DNA of 64,000 nt from Candidatus Planktophila sp. (GCA_038905755.1 JBCKHR010000001.1:29453-93452), one strand, 5' to 3'; shown: positions 21,590 to 36,212, counted from the stretch's first letter. Notes: generated by a model from the sequence alone, not told the origin. Translations and numbers: made by a program.

Positions 21590-22668
21590 CGGCCGCGACC
21601 GATAGAAATGCGTGGTAGATAAATTGCTAGCGCCACACCTATTGCTAGCTCTCCAATTACCGCAATCCCTGCTTGCCAAATTGAAACTCCAACAGAGCCC
21701 ATTGATTGAGTTAATAACTGGCCACCGCTAAGTGCAGCCAAAATCAAAAATATAGCTGAGGCAATAAAGAAACTTTGTAACAAGATTTTTGAGCTAAGTG
21801 AAATTGTCCAACTGGTAAGCAGGGCTCCAGCGGTAACAATAAAAACAATTCCTAAAAGTGCCCATGGGAGAGTTCCAGTGGGAAGCGCTCCAAGAAGTGG
21901 GATGGCAGGGATTTCTGACGAGCGATAAGACCATGGTGCAATAAACGTTTCGGAACCAACTGCAAAACCTGCTCCGGATATATAAGACAAAGTCGCAACC
22001 GCGAAATTTGGTAAATAGAGAATGTTAAGAAAGAGAAGCAAGAAACCGCCAAAAATTCCCGGTTGCAATACTTGAGTTAAGTACTTAACTGTTGCTAAAT
22101 TCAACAAAAGTGAAACGCCTAAAATAATTGAACTAAATCCGAGTAAGAGCGCGATAATTCGCGAACTATAGAGAATGGGTTGAGTAAGCGGAGCGCGTCT
22201 ACCCACACTCATAGAAATGAGAAGCGCCAATGGGCCAACGATGGCTGGAGTCAGATACCAGATCGGAGTAACGGATTCGGTAGCGGAGAAGTACGAGATA
22301 GCTGTGGCAACAAGTGTGTACCAGAAGGAAAAGAGTACTCGCGCTAGCGCAGTTAAGGATGTGTCATTTAAATTATCCAAAGTACGAGAGAGCCCGCTGC
22401 GAATTGCAAAAATCGGAAAAATAAGTGCACCGATTGGCAAGTATGAGAGAAGCCCTGAAATACCGGCGGGTGACAAAGTTAGCGAAAAAGGAATGTGATG
22501 AGCTGCCAACCAAATCCATAAGCCAGCACGTAACGGGTCGTCCATATTGCCAGTCGCGCTGCCAGCAGTTGCCCAAGCGATGAGTGCGATAAATGAAATT
22601 GGGAGAAGCAATAGCGCGACGCTACGGAGCACTTGCGGCACCGAGACCAGAAGCACCCTGGTAAACAT
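21586..22668 (-). CDS. Integral membrane protein (PerM/DUF6350-like)
   Basis: About 10 TM segments; YLPN and PAIPLLGALP motifs; usual actinobacterial position between sucD and purN. Confidence 0.75.
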   Translation of the reverse strand: MFTRVLLVSVPQVLRSVALLLLPISFIALIAWATAGSATGNMDDPLRAGLWIWLAAHHIPFSLTLSPAGISGLLSYLPIGALIFPIFAIRSGLSRTLDNLNDTSLTALARVLFSFWYTLVATAISYFSATESVTPIWYLTPAIVGPLALLISMSVGRRAPLTQPILYSSRIIALLLGFSSIILGVSLLLNLATVKYLTQVLQPGIFGGFLLLFLNILYLPNFAVATLSYISGAGFAVGSETFIAPWSYRSSEIPAIPLLGALPTGTLPWALLGIVFIVTAGALLTSWTISLSSKILLQSFFIASAIFLILAALSGGQLLTQSMGSVGVSIWQAGIAVIGELAIGVALAIYLPRISIGRGR

Positions 22669-22674
22669 TGCCTA

Positions 22675-23553
22675 TCAGCCCAAGATTTCGCGCATCAATC
22701 GCGCAGCTTCACTCGGCGTTTTACCGACGCGCACCCCTGCAGCAACAAGGGCGGCTGCTTTAGCGGCAGCCGTGCCCGATGAACCAGAAACAATCGCGCC
22801 GGCATGCCCCATTGTTTTTCCTTCAGGTGCGGTAAAGCCTGCAACGTAACCAACTACTGGTTTAGTTACATATTCACTAATAAAAGCTGCTGCTCTTTCT
22901 TCAGCATCTCCACCGATTTCGCCAATCATGACAATTGCCTCTGTTTCTGGATCATCTTGAAAAGCTCGTAAGCAATCAATGTGGGTAGTTCCAATTACTG
23001 GATCTCCGCCGATTCCAACAGCTGTACTAAATCCAATGTCGCGAAGTTCGAACATCATTTGGTAAGTGAGTGTTCCGGACTTCGAAACTAAACCAATAGG
23101 TCCATTTCCCGTTATATCTGCCGGAATAATTCCGATATTCGATTTACCCGGACTTATGAGACCTGGACAGTTCGGTCCAATAATTCGAGTTCTGCCTTTT
23201 GCCAGCGAGTAAGCATAAAAACTAACCGAGTCATGAACCGGAATGCCTTCAGTGATGACAACAATCAATGGCATTGCCGCATCAATGGCGTCAATTACAG
23301 CGGCTTTAGCAAATTTAGGTGGAACAAAAACAACGGATGCGTTTGCATCAGTGGCTGCCATCGCTTCGGCAATAGTATTAAAAACTGGAAGTTTATGGCC
23401 ATCAATCTCAACAACTTGTCCACCTTTACCTGGCGTAACGCCACCAACAATCGCTGTGCCTGAAGCCAACATACGTCGCGTGTGTTTACTTCCTTCAGAC
23501 CCGGTCATTCCTTGCACGATGACGCGAGTTTTTTCGTTTAAGAAAATTGCCAT
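22675..23553 (-). CDS. sucD: Succinyl-CoA ligase alpha subunit
   Basis: [14 protein letters not shown] and MGHAGA motifs. Confidence 0.97.
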   Translation of the reverse strand: MAIFLNEKTRVIVQGMTGSEGSKHTRRMLASGTAIVGGVTPGKGGQVVEIDGHKLPVFNTIAEAMAATDANASVVFVPPKFAKAAVIDAIDAAMPLIVVITEGIPVHDSVSFYAYSLAKGRTRIIGPNCPGLISPGKSNIGIIPADITGNGPIGLVSKSGTLTYQMMFELRDIGFSTAVGIGGDPVIGTTHIDCLRAFQDDPETEAIVMIGEIGGDAEERAAAFISEYVTKPVVGYVAGFTAPEGKTMGHAGAIVSGSSGTAAAKAAALVAAGVRVGKTPSEAARLMREILG

Positions 23554-24716
23554 TAGCGCGCCGCCAATTCTGCAGCGCGATTTGCTGCTCCATCCATAGT
23601 CTCTACTTGTTCAATAAGTGGGTGTGCCGCCCTACTTAAAATAGCACGCCCTTCAAGTACGTTATTCCCATCAAGGCGAACAACAATCGGTTTCGTTGCG
23701 CGCTCGCCAAGTAGTTCCAGCGCTGCAACAATTCCGTTAGCCACTGCGTCACACGCAGTGATTCCACCAAAGACATTTACAAAAACACTTTTAACATCTG
23801 GATCACCCAAAATAATCGCCAGACCATCTGCCATGACTTGGGCTGATGCTCCACCACCTATATCTAAAAAGTTCGCAGGACGAACTCCGCCGTGGTTTTC
23901 ACCAGCGTAGGCAACAACATCGAGAGTGCTCATAACTAAACCCGCACCATTCCCAATAATTCCAACTTCACCTTCAAGTTTTACATAATTAAGGTTTTTC
24001 TCTTTCGCTAAAGCTTCAAGTGCACTAGTTGCGCTTTGGTCAATGAGGGCTTCGTGGTCGGGATGGCGAAAACCAGCGTTCTCATCGAGCGTAACTTTTC
24101 CATCGAGAGCAATGATTTTGCCATCTTTACTTTTTATTAATGGGTTTACCTCAACGAGGGTTGCCTCTTCAGATTGAAATACTCCCCAAAGTTTTACAAG
24201 AACGTCGGCAACTTGATCGGCCACATCGGGCGGAAATTGTGCAGTTGCCACGATTTCCTTAGCCTTTTCAAGAGAAATTCCAACGAGTGCTGAAACTGGA
24301 ACTTTCGCTAATTTTTCTGGCGCGGTCTGTGCGACTTCCTCAATATCCATACCGCCAGCAACTGATGCCATCACTAAGAAAGTACGGTTCGAGCGATCAA
24401 GCAAAATGGCTAAGTAGTACTCATCTTCAATCATCGCTTGCGCAGCAATCATCACAGTACGAACTATGTGACCTTTAATATCCATTCCTAAGATCGCTTC
24501 GGCTTTAACGCGAGCATCAGCGGCATCTTTGGCAAGTTTTATACCGCCCGCTTTTCCGCGACCACCGACTTTTACTTGTGCTTTAACAACAACTCGACCA
24601 CCGACTTTAATTGCGGCGGCTTGCGCTTCTTCACCTGTGGTTGCAATTGCCGCAGCTAATACCGGGACTCCATATTTTTCGAAGAGATCACGGGCTTGAT
24701 ATTCAAAGAGATCCAC
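23553..24716 (-). CDS. sucC: Succinyl-CoA ligase beta subunit
   Basis: [22 protein letters not shown] and NFLDIGGG motifs. Confidence 0.97.
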   Translation of the reverse strand: MDLFEYQARDLFEKYGVPVLAAAIATTGEEAQAAAIKVGGRVVVKAQVKVGGRGKAGGIKLAKDAADARVKAEAILGMDIKGHIVRTVMIAAQAMIEDEYYLAILLDRSNRTFLVMASVAGGMDIEEVAQTAPEKLAKVPVSALVGISLEKAKEIVATAQFPPDVADQVADVLVKLWGVFQSEEATLVEVNPLIKSKDGKIIALDGKVTLDENAGFRHPDHEALIDQSATSALEALAKEKNLNYVKLEGEVGIIGNGAGLVMSTLDVVAYAGENHGGVRPANFLDIGGGASAQVMADGLAIILGDPDVKSVFVNVFGGITACDAVANGIVAALELLGERATKPIVVRLDGNNVLEGRAILSRAAHPLIEQVETMDGAANRAAELAAR

Positions 24717-24766
24717 GATCACTCCATTTCAATTCAATTCACCTTTGATGGAGAACGAGAGCAATC

Positions 24767-26995
24767 CTAGAGCTTCTCTACCGGGGCGTAACGCAAGAGC
24801 AAACGCTTCTCACCGTAGGATCCAAAGTTAATTGTGGCTTCCGACTTCTCTCCTTCACCGGCAACAGTAATTACCGTTCCGAGCCCGAATGTGTCATGTG
24901 AGACACGCTCTCCAACGGTCAACACCATCGCAGTGGCTTTACGTCCTGTTGCCCGAGGTGGTGGTGTTGTTGCCAGACGAGGTTTATGTATAAGAGATGG
25001 AGTAGAACCATTGCGCCATTGGATAACTTCTGCCGGAATTTCATCGAGGAATCGCGAAGGCGGGTTATATGTTGGAGCACCCCATGATGAGCGGGATTGA
25101 GCGCGCGAAATATATAAACGTTCGCGCGCGCGAGTTAAGCCAACATATGCCAAGCGACGCTCTTCTTCAACCTCTTCGACCTTGCCTAAAGTGCGAGAGT
25201 GCGGAAATATTCCATCTTCCATTCCCGTTAAGAAAACTGTCGGAAATTCTAAACCTTTAGCAGTATGCAAAGTCATTAATGTAACAACTCCGCCATGGTC
25301 GACCCCTTCAGGAATTTCATCAGCGTCAGCAACGAGTGCCACTTTTTCGAGAAAACCCGCTAGCGATATTTCTTCATCTTCACCGAGTGCATCAATTGGA
25401 CGCTCTTCGTACTCCATTCCCGCTGCCAGGAGCTCTTGTAAGTTCTCTAACCGAACTTCATCTTGTGGGTCTTGGCTACTTGAAAGTTGCGCAAGTAAGC
25501 CAGATTGTTCAAGCACAGCTTCGATAATCACCGAGGGTCGAGTTTTCGCCTCAACCAAGACGCTCAGCGCGTTCATCATGGCGGTGAATTCATTAATTGA
25601 TTGCGTGGCGCGCAATGGAATGTCAGGTGCTTCATTGCAACGATTAAAGCTTTGCCATAACGTGAAATTGTTCTCTTTGGAATATTCTTCAACAACTTCT
25701 AAAGCGCGGTCACCAATACCGCGCTTTGGAACATTGATGATTCTGCGCAGAGATATCTCATCTTCTAAATTAACTAACACTCGTAGATAAGCCAGCAGGT
25801 CCTTGACCTCTTTACGTTCGTAGAATCGAAGTCCACCAACGACTTTATAAGGAAGAGCTGCTCGCATAAAGATCTCTTCGAAAACACGCGACTGCGCATT
25901 AGTGCGATAGAAAATCGCGGTATCACCCGGGTTAGATTTAGCTTCTCGTTGCAGCTCTCGAATCTCATCGGCTACAAATTTTGCTTCATCATGTTCATTT
26001 TCGCCAACGTATCCAATGAGTGGCGCGCCAGCACCTGCATCAGACCAAAGATTTTTCGCTTTTCTGCTGACATTCTTGGTAATTACAGCGTTGGCGGCGT
26101 TTAGAATATTTTGAGTTGAACGGTAATTCTGCTCTAGTAAGATGGTGATGGCTTTAGGGTAATCAAGTTCAAATTGCAAAATGTTCCGTATTGTTGCGCC
26201 ACGAAACCCATAAATAGATTGATCGGCATCACCCACTACACATAACTCAGCGCTAGGAATACCTTCAGCTTCATTGCCAACAAGCTCTTTTACCAGGACA
26301 TACTGCGCATGATTTGTATCTTGATACTCATCAACTAAAACATGGCGAAAACGTGAGCGAAAACGCGCTTTAGCTTCCGGAAATTGTTGCAGAACTTGTA
26401 CCGTCTTCAAAATTAAATCATCGAAATCCATCGCATTTGAGCGCACTAAACGTTGTTGATATATCCCATAAACATCCGCAACAACTTCTTCAAATTGATT
26501 GGACGCTTGATTGAGGTAATCTGGCGGACCCATTAATTCATTCTTGGCGTTCGAAATCATGGCTTGAAATTGTCGAGCAGGGTAACGTTTAGAATCTAAA
26601 TTCAATTCTTTTGCAACAATGGTTATTAACCTCAATGAATCAGCTGAGTCGTAAATACTAAATGAATTGCTATAACCAAGGCGCTGCGCCTCGCGCCGTA
26701 ACATCCGTACGCAGGCAGAGTGAAAAGTTGAAACCCACATAGATTGCGCAATCGGCCCAACTAGATCAGCTACCCGTTCTTTCATCTCGCCCGCAGCTTT
26801 ATTAGTAAAGGTAATCGCAAGAATTTGATACGGGGCAACGTTTCTACGTGACATCAAGTAAGCAATACGTCGCGTAAGCACCCGAGTTTTGCCTGAACCG
26901 GCACCGGCTACAACGAGAAGTGGAGCACCTTCATGAATAACAGCCTGACGCTGTTGCGGATTTAGCCCTGCCAGCAACGGATCAGTACTCGCCAT
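24767..26995 (-). CDS. pcrA: ATP-dependent DNA helicase PcrA/UvrD
   Basis: AGAGSGKT, DEYQDTN, QNYRS, HTAKGLEF and EERRLAYVG motifs. Confidence 0.96.
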   Translation of the reverse strand: MASTDPLLAGLNPQQRQAVIHEGAPLLVVAGAGSGKTRVLTRRIAYLMSRRNVAPYQILAITFTNKAAGEMKERVADLVGPIAQSMWVSTFHSACVRMLRREAQRLGYSNSFSIYDSADSLRLITIVAKELNLDSKRYPARQFQAMISNAKNELMGPPDYLNQASNQFEEVVADVYGIYQQRLVRSNAMDFDDLILKTVQVLQQFPEAKARFRSRFRHVLVDEYQDTNHAQYVLVKELVGNEAEGIPSAELCVVGDADQSIYGFRGATIRNILQFELDYPKAITILLEQNYRSTQNILNAANAVITKNVSRKAKNLWSDAGAGAPLIGYVGENEHDEAKFVADEIRELQREAKSNPGDTAIFYRTNAQSRVFEEIFMRAALPYKVVGGLRFYERKEVKDLLAYLRVLVNLEDEISLRRIINVPKRGIGDRALEVVEEYSKENNFTLWQSFNRCNEAPDIPLRATQSINEFTAMMNALSVLVEAKTRPSVIIEAVLEQSGLLAQLSSSQDPQDEVRLENLQELLAAGMEYEERPIDALGEDEEISLAGFLEKVALVADADEIPEGVDHGGVVTLMTLHTAKGLEFPTVFLTGMEDGIFPHSRTLGKVEEVEEERRLAYVGLTRARERLYISRAQSRSSWGAPTYNPPSRFLDEIPAEVIQWRNGSTPSLIHKPRLATTPPPRATGRKATAMVLTVGERVSHDTFGLGTVITVAGEGEKSEATINFGSYGEKRLLLRYAPVEKL

Positions 26996-27002
26996 GGTCG
27001 CA

Positions 27003-27015
27003 AGTCTATTAGGCT
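27003..27015. promoter_or_regulatory. Back-to-back -10 boxes for leaderless pcrA and PIG-L genes
   Basis: TAGACT(-) lies 7 nt before ATG 26995 and TAGGCT(+) lies 6 nt before ATG 27022. Confidence 0.6.
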
Positions 27016-27021
27016 TCGCCG

Positions 27022-27747
27022 ATGAAGCCGATTGCAGATAGTGAGATTAAACGAGTTTTGGTCATCAGCGCTCATCCAGATGACTCTGATTTCGGAGCTG
27101 CGGGAACAATTGCGCAATGGGTTGAAAAAGGAATTGATGTTGCTTACGTTTTCTGCACAAGTGGTGACCAAGGTGGAGAAGATTCCGGAATCACGAAAGC
27201 AGATATGCCCGCAGTTCGCCAACGTGAACAACGTGAAGCTGCCGCTGCGGTCGGCGTTACCGATGTAACGTTTCTCAATTACGCCGATGGGCTTTTAGAA
27301 GCAACGCTTGGTTTACGGAAAGATTTAGTCCGACAAATTAGAATATCCCAGCCAGATCGCTTGGTCTGTCAAAGCCCCGAACGTAATTGGGACCGCATCG
27401 GCGCAAGCCATCCAGACCATTTAGCCGCCGGCGAAGCTTCTATTCAAGCTGTTTATCCAGATGCGCGAAATTCTTTTGCTTTCACTGATTTACTGGAAGA
27501 TGAAGGCCTGCAACCTTGGCGAGTCAAAGAAGTATGGGTGACCGCTTTTCCTACGCCAGATCATTGGGTTGATATCACAGCGACTTTTCATTTGAAAATG
27601 AAAGCGCTGTACTCACATGTTTCTCAGACTGCGCACAATCCAGAGTTAGAAAATGTGGTCCGCGCATGGGGAATCAAACACGCTAAAGCTGCAGGTTTTG
27701 CTGAGGGGCGAATTGCAGAAGCTTTTAAAATTGTTAATACAAATTAA
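27022..27747 (+). CDS. PIG-L/LmbE-family deacetylase
   Basis: AHPDD, REQREAA, HPDH and HVSQ motifs. Confidence 0.9.
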   Translation: MKPIADSEIKRVLVISAHPDDSDFGAAGTIAQWVEKGIDVAYVFCTSGDQGGEDSGITKADMPAVRQREQREAAAAVGVTDVTFLNYADGLLEATLGLRKDLVRQIRISQPDRLVCQSPERNWDRIGASHPDHLAAGEASIQAVYPDARNSFAFTDLLEDEGLQPWRVKEVWVTAFPTPDHWVDITATFHLKMKALYSHVSQTAHNPELENVVRAWGIKHAKAAGFAEGRIAEAFKIVNTN

Positions 27748-28430
27748 CGAATAACAATTCTCTCAATCGCAACCGTCTGCACTGGATAACCATCTGGCGC
27801 GTAGATATATTTGCCGTTTCCATCTGATTTAAACGCCCCCAGCGCTGCTATTGATTTTAGTAAATCTAAGCCTTTAGTAATGGTTCCCCAAATTGTGTAG
27901 TTAGCACCAATGGCCGAATCGCCGTAAACAAAGAAGATTTGACTGCCATTTGTGCCCGGACCTGAGTTTGCCATGGCAACAGTTCCGGCCGGGTATGTCA
28001 TTTGTTTGCCCGTTGGAAGATTCTCGTCGGGGAAACCTTTCCAACCTGCAGGTGAACCGCTACCGCTCGCAGTTGGATCACCACATTGCAAAACGAATAA
28101 ACCTGCTGTTGTTAATCGATGACATAGGCTTTGATTGAAATATCCGCCGCGCGCCAAAGTAGTCAAGGCAGTCACGGTTATGGGTGCTTTATCTCCTAAA
28201 AGCGAAACAACGATGTCACCACAATTTGTTTTAAATGTCATTGTCTTAGGCATTCGCTTTGAAACAACGGTTGGTTGTTTAATTACAATTGACTTATGCG
28301 CAACTGCTTTAGTTTTGCTGCACTTGAGCGCTTTAACTTTAACTTCTTCAGCAAAAGTCTGGGGCATTAACGTTATTAAGAAAGTAATACTGAAGAGCAC
28401 GGCCAGCAATTTCTTCATTTTCATTCCCAT
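27744..28430 (-). CDS. Secreted cyclophilin-type peptidyl-prolyl isomerase; start possibly 28418
   Basis: Signal peptide; CHRL, LQCGDP and [15 protein letters not shown] motifs. Confidence 0.92.
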   Translation of the reverse strand: MGMKMKKLLAVLFSITFLITLMPQTFAEEVKVKALKCSKTKAVAHKSIVIKQPTVVSKRMPKTMTFKTNCGDIVVSLLGDKAPITVTALTTLARGGYFNQSLCHRLTTAGLFVLQCGDPTASGSGSPAGWKGFPDENLPTGKQMTYPAGTVAMANSGPGTNGSQIFFVYGDSAIGANYTIWGTITKGLDLLKSIAALGAFKSDGNGKYIYAPDGYPVQTVAIERIVIR

Positions 28431-29971
28431 TCAATTGTTCCAGGCGGTTTACTAGTTACATCCAACACGACTCGGTTAACTTCGCGCACTTCGTTGGTAA
28501 TACGCGTTGAGATTCTCTCCAGAACTTCATAGGGAACTCTCGACCAATCCGCAGTCATAGCATCTTCACTTGAGACTGGACGAAGAACAATGGGATGGCC
28601 ATAAGTACGGCCATCGCCTTGGACCCCAACGCTTCGGACATCGGCCAGTAATACCACTGGACATTGCCAAATAGTTCTATCAAGTCCAGCTAATTTTAAC
28701 TCTTCGCGCGCAATGAGATCGGCGTGGCGCAAGATCTCTAACCGATCACGGGTTACTTCACCAATAATTCGAATAGCTAAACCAGGCCCAGGAAATGGTT
28801 GGCGCCAAACAATCTCATCAGGAAGCCCAAGTTCAATTCCTACCTTTCGAACTTCATCTTTAAAAAGCATCCGCAAAGGTTCAATCAAAGTAAATTTCAA
28901 GTCATCAGGCAAGCCACCAACATTGTGGTGTGACTTAATGTTCGCAGTTCCAACTCCGCCACCAGATTCAACTACATCTGGATACAAAGTGCCCTGAACT
29001 AGGAATTCAACTTCTCCGCCTGATGCAATATCTCGGGCAGCTTTTTCAAAGGAACGAATAAATTCACGGCCGATGATTTTCCGCTTTTCTTCTGGATCAG
29101 TTATACCAATGAGTGCGCTAAGAAATTGCTCACCAGCGTCGATGACAACTAATTCGACACCGGTTACAGCAACAAAATCTCGTTGGACTTGTTCTGACTC
29201 ACCGCTACGCAACAAACCATGGTCAATAAAGACACATGTGAGTTGCGAACCAACTGCGCGTTGAATAATCGCAGCGGCAACCGCTGAATCAACTCCACCA
29301 GATAAACCACAAATCACGCGCTTAGCACCTATAACTTCTTTAGCTTTCGCAATTTCAGTTTCTGCAATGTTGGTAGTTGTCCAGGTAGGAGAGGCGCCAG
29401 CGATATTGATTAACCAATTTCTTAAAATTGCTGCTCCGTGTTCGCTATGAAGAACTTCGGGGTGAAATTGAACTCCTGCGAGTTTTCCATCGCAACTTTC
29501 AAAAGCTGCAACGCTGGTATCAACGGTAGATGCGCAGAGAACAAAACCAGCAGGCGCTGCAGTTACCGCATCTCCATGAGACATCCAAACGCTCTGTCGT
29601 TCTGGCAGAGTGGCAAAAAGTTTTGAGGTAGGGATGGTACTTAACTCAGTTCGTCCGAATTCAGATTTACCGGTCTGACTAACAACGCCACCGAGGGCTA
29701 CGGCCATCGCTTGAAAACCATAGCAAATCCCAAAGACCGGAATTCCTAAAGTGAAAATTTCTGCATCTATTACCGGTGCGTTCTGCGCGTAAACACTCGC
29801 TGGTCCACCAGATAAAATAATGGCCGCCGGTGCTCGTGCGCGAATTTGCGCTGCCGTAATTGAGGAAGGGACAATTTCAGAGAAAACGTTAGCTTCGCGA
29901 ACTCGGCGCGCGATGAGTTGGGCATATTGCGCGCCAAAATCGACGACAAGTACGCCAGAGCTAGTAGGCAC
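28421..29971 (-). CDS. guaA: GMP synthase (glutamine-hydrolysing)
   Basis: [31 protein letters not shown] and KPPGTIEWE motifs. Confidence 0.98.
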   Translation of the reverse strand: MPTSSGVLVVDFGAQYAQLIARRVREANVFSEIVPSSITAAQIRARAPAAIILSGGPASVYAQNAPVIDAEIFTLGIPVFGICYGFQAMAVALGGVVSQTGKSEFGRTELSTIPTSKLFATLPERQSVWMSHGDAVTAAPAGFVLCASTVDTSVAAFESCDGKLAGVQFHPEVLHSEHGAAILRNWLINIAGASPTWTTTNIAETEIAKAKEVIGAKRVICGLSGGVDSAVAAAIIQRAVGSQLTCVFIDHGLLRSGESEQVQRDFVAVTGVELVVIDAGEQFLSALIGITDPEEKRKIIGREFIRSFEKAARDIASGGEVEFLVQGTLYPDVVESGGGVGTANIKSHHNVGGLPDDLKFTLIEPLRMLFKDEVRKVGIELGLPDEIVWRQPFPGPGLAIRIIGEVTRDRLEILRHADLIAREELKLAGLDRTIWQCPVVLLADVRSVGVQGDGRTYGHPIVLRPVSSEDAMTADWSRVPYEVLERISTRITNEVREVNRVVLDVTSKPPGTIEWE

Positions 29972-31082
29972 GATGGATAAGGACCTCTACGCGTTGGAAT
30001 TCTTTAACATCTGAATAACCACATGTGGCCATTGCCCTGCGCAGCGCACCAAATAAGTTCATAGACCCATCACCACTGTGAGAGGGGCCAATCAAAATCT
30101 CTTGCAAAGTTCCACAAGTTCCAACTGCCACGCGCTCGCCTCGTGGGAGAATTTGGTGATGCGCTTCAGACCCCCAATGCCAACCCAGACCCGGAGCTTC
30201 TACCGCTTTTGCTAGCGGTGATCCCATCATGACGGCGTCCGCTCCGCAAGCAATTGCTTTTGCGATATCTCCACTTCGACCAACTGAACCATCAGCTATT
30301 ACGTGCACGTAACGTCCGCCAGATTCATCAAGGTATTCCCGACGCGCTGATGCAACTTCTGCAACGGCTGAGGCCATAGGAACTTCAATGCCTAAAACTT
30401 TGCGAGTTGTGTGCGCAGCGCCTCCCCCAAAACCTACTAGAACTCCGGCCGCCCCTGCGCGCATTAAGTGAAGTGCGCCTGTTGCTGTGGCAACTCCGCC
30501 AACAATGACTGGGACATCGAGTTCGTAAATGAACTTTTTCAAGTTAAGCGCTTCGTTTTCTTTTGCCACATGCTCGGCGCTAACTGTTGTTCCTCGAATT
30601 ACGAAAATATCAACGCCGGCATCAATGACAACTTTATGTAATTGGGCAGTACGTTGGGGCGATAAAGAGGCAGCGACAGTTACACCTGCATCACGAATTT
30701 GCTGAATTCGTTCTTTAATCAAAGTTGGTTGAATTGGTGCGCTATAAATTTCTTGCATGCGCCGTGTCGCATGTTTATCTGGCATCGAGGCAATTTCCCC
30801 CAAAGGAATGCGTGGGTCTTCATAACGAGTCCATAAACCTTCAAGATTTAAAACTCCAAGCCCACCAAGCTTTCCAATTGCAATTGCAGTTTCAGGTGAG
30901 ACTACTGAGTCCATTGGAGCGGCCAACATCGGTAAATCAAACTTATATGCATCGATTTGCCATGCCGTTGAAACTTCTTCTGGGTCGCGCGTGCGACGGC
31001 TTGGGACAATGGCAATATCGTCAAAAGAGTAAGCAATACGGGCTCTTTTCCCCGGTGCTAATTCAACTTCATTCATAGCCAT
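29961..31082 (-). CDS. guaB3: GuaB3-family IMP dehydrogenase-related protein
   Basis: [19 protein letters not shown] and [11 protein letters not shown] motifs; no catalytic Cys loop. Confidence 0.9.
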   Translation of the reverse strand: MAMNEVELAPGKRARIAYSFDDIAIVPSRRTRDPEEVSTAWQIDAYKFDLPMLAAPMDSVVSPETAIAIGKLGGLGVLNLEGLWTRYEDPRIPLGEIASMPDKHATRRMQEIYSAPIQPTLIKERIQQIRDAGVTVAASLSPQRTAQLHKVVIDAGVDIFVIRGTTVSAEHVAKENEALNLKKFIYELDVPVIVGGVATATGALHLMRAGAAGVLVGFGGGAAHTTRKVLGIEVPMASAVAEVASARREYLDESGGRYVHVIADGSVGRSGDIAKAIACGADAVMMGSPLAKAVEAPGLGWHWGSEAHHQILPRGERVAVGTCGTLQEILIGPSHSGDGSMNLFGALRRAMATCGYSDVKEFQRVEVLIHRAY

Positions 31083-31087
31083 TGCTT

Positions 31088-32215
<1,128 letters not shown>

Positions 32216-32353
32216 TCAATCGTTAAGGCGCAAGTCTATCGGCCCTTTAATAGGAGCTAAAAACGAGAGATTTGATTGAGATCTAGCGCCATCAACTCTC
32301 AATTGTTTATGTTATGCGCCTAGGCTGCTGGGCCTGCAGCAGTCCAGATTGTC

Positions 32354-32397
32354 TATAATATATTATGGTTTAGAGCCCTAAGACATGATATATTGTG
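32354..32397. promoter_or_regulatory. Two tandem palindromic boxes upstream of the HipB-like gene
   Basis: TATAATATATTATG (32354-32367) and CATGATATATTGTG (32384-32397), 30 bp apart, followed by SD AAGGAGGT at 32403-32410. Confidence 0.65.
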
Positions 32398-32415
32398 AGT
32401 TTAAGGAGGTTTCGA

Positions 32416-32751
32416 ATGCGAAAGGCTCACTCATATACGCCGCAGACGACCACGACTACAAGTATCCTCGGGTTGGAGATCGCTAGGGCTCGGCGCGCTC
32501 GGCGATGGAATCAAAAGGAGTTGGCTCAGAGGGCTGGAGTATCGGCGCTCACATTGAGCAGTATCGAACGGGGCGTCCCAACAGTAGCAATTGGAACAGT
32601 GTTCGAAGTCGCTTATCTTGTTGGACTTAACCTGCTCGGGGCAGGACCGGACGATCTACCTGACCTTGTTTCTCGCAGCCAAGACCGTCTAGCACTCTTC
32701 CCCGCCCGTGTCCGAAGCCGCCTTTCCGACGATGTCGATGATGATTTCTAA
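32416..32751 (+). CDS. XRE/HipB-like HTH antitoxin
   Basis: WNQKELAQRAGVSALTLSSIERG HTH; strong SD before ATG 32416; overlaps the hipA start. Confidence 0.88.
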   Translation: MRKAHSYTPQTTTTTSILGLEIARARRARRWNQKELAQRAGVSALTLSSIERGVPTVAIGTVFEVAYLVGLNLLGAGPDDLPDLVSRSQDRLALFPARVRSRLSDDVDDDF

Positions 32752-34057
32752 ACCAGCACCAAGCATGAGCAGCGCTTTGCGCACCAAAGGAATTAAGATC
32801 GCTTATGTTTGGATATGGCTACCGGGAGCTACGGAGCCAGTTGTGGCTGGAGTACTCAAGCCAGCTGGAGAGCTTCTCGTCTTCAACTACGGTAAAAGTT
32901 ACCTATCTCGTGGGGATGCAATCCCACTTTATCTACCCGAACTTCCCTTGAGGCGAGGGAGAATCCTGCCGCTGGGCGGATTGAAGGTAGCGGGCGCTAT
33001 CCGCGATGCCGCACCTGACGCTTGGGGTCAGCGCGTTATTCTCGCCCACCGGGCGATGGGACGCAGTAAATCGAGCGATACCGAGGATCTGCCGCTCTTA
33101 ACTTATCTACTCGAGTCTGGCAGTAATCGGATCGGAGCTCTTGATTTTCAAACCAGCTCGACCACATATGTGCCACGCAGCGTCAGCACAACTTTGTCCG
33201 AAATGCACTCTGCGGCAGAAAAACTCTTGATAGGGGAAACCTTGTCGCCGGCCTTGGATGCTGCACTTCTTCATGGTAGCTCTATCGGAGGAGCACGACC
33301 CAAAGTGGTGCTCAGTGAACATACTGCAAACGAACCTGGCAGAGAGTTGATCGCGAAATTCTCCACCACGACTGACCCTTACCCAGTTGTTAAGGCTGAG
33401 GCCGTGGCGATGGAGCTGGCCCGGCGTGTGGGTTTGAACGTTGCTCATACTCAACTGATTAGGTCTCTGGGTCGTGATGTCCTATTAATTGATCGCTTTG
33501 ATCGTCCAGGCAATCTAGGATCTGATCCAGGAACTCCTGGAGAGCGCCGCCTTGTTGTATCAGCGCTGACTCTCCTTGAACTTGATGAAATATTTGGGAG
33601 ATACGCCACCTACCCCAATTTGGCCGACGTCATTCGTGCTCGGTTTACCAATCCAGACCAAACTTTGCGTGAACTTTTTAGCAGAATTGTGTTCAATATT
33701 AACGTCGGCAACATAGACGACCATGCTCGCAACCATGCCGCCTTCTGGGATGGGCATCAACTCATATTGACCCCAGCTTATGATTTGTGTCCTCAACTCC
33801 GATCCGGTGAGACTGCCGACCAAGCAATGGCCATCGGACGAGATGGGCAGCGTAGTTCGCGACTGTCAGTCGCTCTCGCTGCTGCTGAAATTTATCACCT
33901 CACTCGTGCCCAAGCTCAAGAGATCATCGACCACCAGATCGGCGCTATTACTGATGAGTGGAACGCTGCTGCTGATCATGCACAGCTCACGGCTTTTGAA
34001 AGAGAGCAATTGTGGGGTCGTCAAATACTGAATCCTTCAATTCACTACCCCGAGTAG
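32741..34057 (+). CDS. HipA-family toxin kinase; start uncertain (32708-32741)
   Basis: YVWIWLPG N-terminus; DAAPDAWG, SIGGARPK, RFDR, GNIDDHARNH and LTPAYDL motifs. Confidence 0.92.
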   Translation: MISKPAPSMSSALRTKGIKIAYVWIWLPGATEPVVAGVLKPAGELLVFNYGKSYLSRGDAIPLYLPELPLRRGRILPLGGLKVAGAIRDAAPDAWGQRVILAHRAMGRSKSSDTEDLPLLTYLLESGSNRIGALDFQTSSTTYVPRSVSTTLSEMHSAAEKLLIGETLSPALDAALLHGSSIGGARPKVVLSEHTANEPGRELIAKFSTTTDPYPVVKAEAVAMELARRVGLNVAHTQLIRSLGRDVLLIDRFDRPGNLGSDPGTPGERRLVVSALTLLELDEIFGRYATYPNLADVIRARFTNPDQTLRELFSRIVFNINVGNIDDHARNHAAFWDGHQLILTPAYDLCPQLRSGETADQAMAIGRDGQRSSRLSVALAAAEIYHLTRAQAQEIIDHQIGAITDEWNAAADHAQLTAFEREQLWGRQILNPSIHYPE

Positions 34058-34124
34058 AGCCATGCGATGGTGGGGAAAGAGAGAAGATGCCAGTTGATTA
34101 GCGACAAGATGGGGTCCACACTTC

Positions 34125-34167
34125 AGTAAAAGAGCCTCGCAACCAATGGCTGCGAGGCTCTTTTACT
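34125..34167. terminator. Bidirectional intrinsic terminator between convergent hipA and groEL
   Basis: AGTAAAAGAGCCTCGCA pairs with TGCGAGGCTCTTTTACT, a 17-bp stem including A/T tails. Confidence 0.88.
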
Positions 34168-34182
34168 TCTTTTATTCATTAG

Positions 34183-35796
<1,614 letters not shown>

Positions 35797-36090
35797 TTAC
35801 TTCTCGATTACAGCAAGCAGGTCGCGAGCTGAAAGAACTAAGTACTCTTCATTGTTGTACTTAACTTCAGTTCCGCCGTACTTGCTGTATAGAACAACAT
35901 CGCCAACTTTTACATCCATAGGAACGCGAACTCCATCATCGAAGCGACCTGGGCCAACGGCGATGACAGTTCCTTCTTGTGGCTTCTCTTTTGCAGTATC
36001 TGGAATTACCAGACCTGATGCAGTTGTGGTTTCGGCCTCTGATGCCTTTACAACAATGCGATCTTCTAACGGCTTAATGGCGACGGCCAT
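35797..36090 (-). CDS. groES: Co-chaperonin GroES
   Basis: Start refined to [11 protein letters not shown]; [15 protein letters not shown] and SKYGGTE motifs. Confidence 0.98.
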   Translation of the reverse strand: MAVAIKPLEDRIVVKASEAETTTASGLVIPDTAKEKPQEGTVIAVGPGRFDDGVRVPMDVKVGDVVLYSKYGGTEVKYNNEEYLVLSARDLLAVIEK

Positions 36091-36141
36091 GAGTGCTCCT
36101 TCATGTAAGTGTTTGTTGTCCTCGTGCAACCCGCACTGTAA

Positions 36142-36168
36142 TTAGCAGACTCGGGTCGTGAGTGCTAA
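36142..36168 (-). promoter_or_regulatory. CIRCE element (HrcA operator)
   Basis: Minus strand reads TTAGCACTC-N9-GTCTGCTAA against consensus TTAGCACTC-N9-GAGTGCTAA. Confidence 0.9.
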
Positions 36169-36212
36169 CGCCAAGCCTAGGCGTGAGCATTCCTAACGGC
36201 AAATTGGCTTTT

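Noticed and set aside
32350-32390. TGTCTA upstream of the HipB-like gene as a third copy of the cassette dyad
   Set aside because: No TAGACA at 11-nt spacing and no CTGCAAnGTGT core; better explained by the tandem operator boxes.
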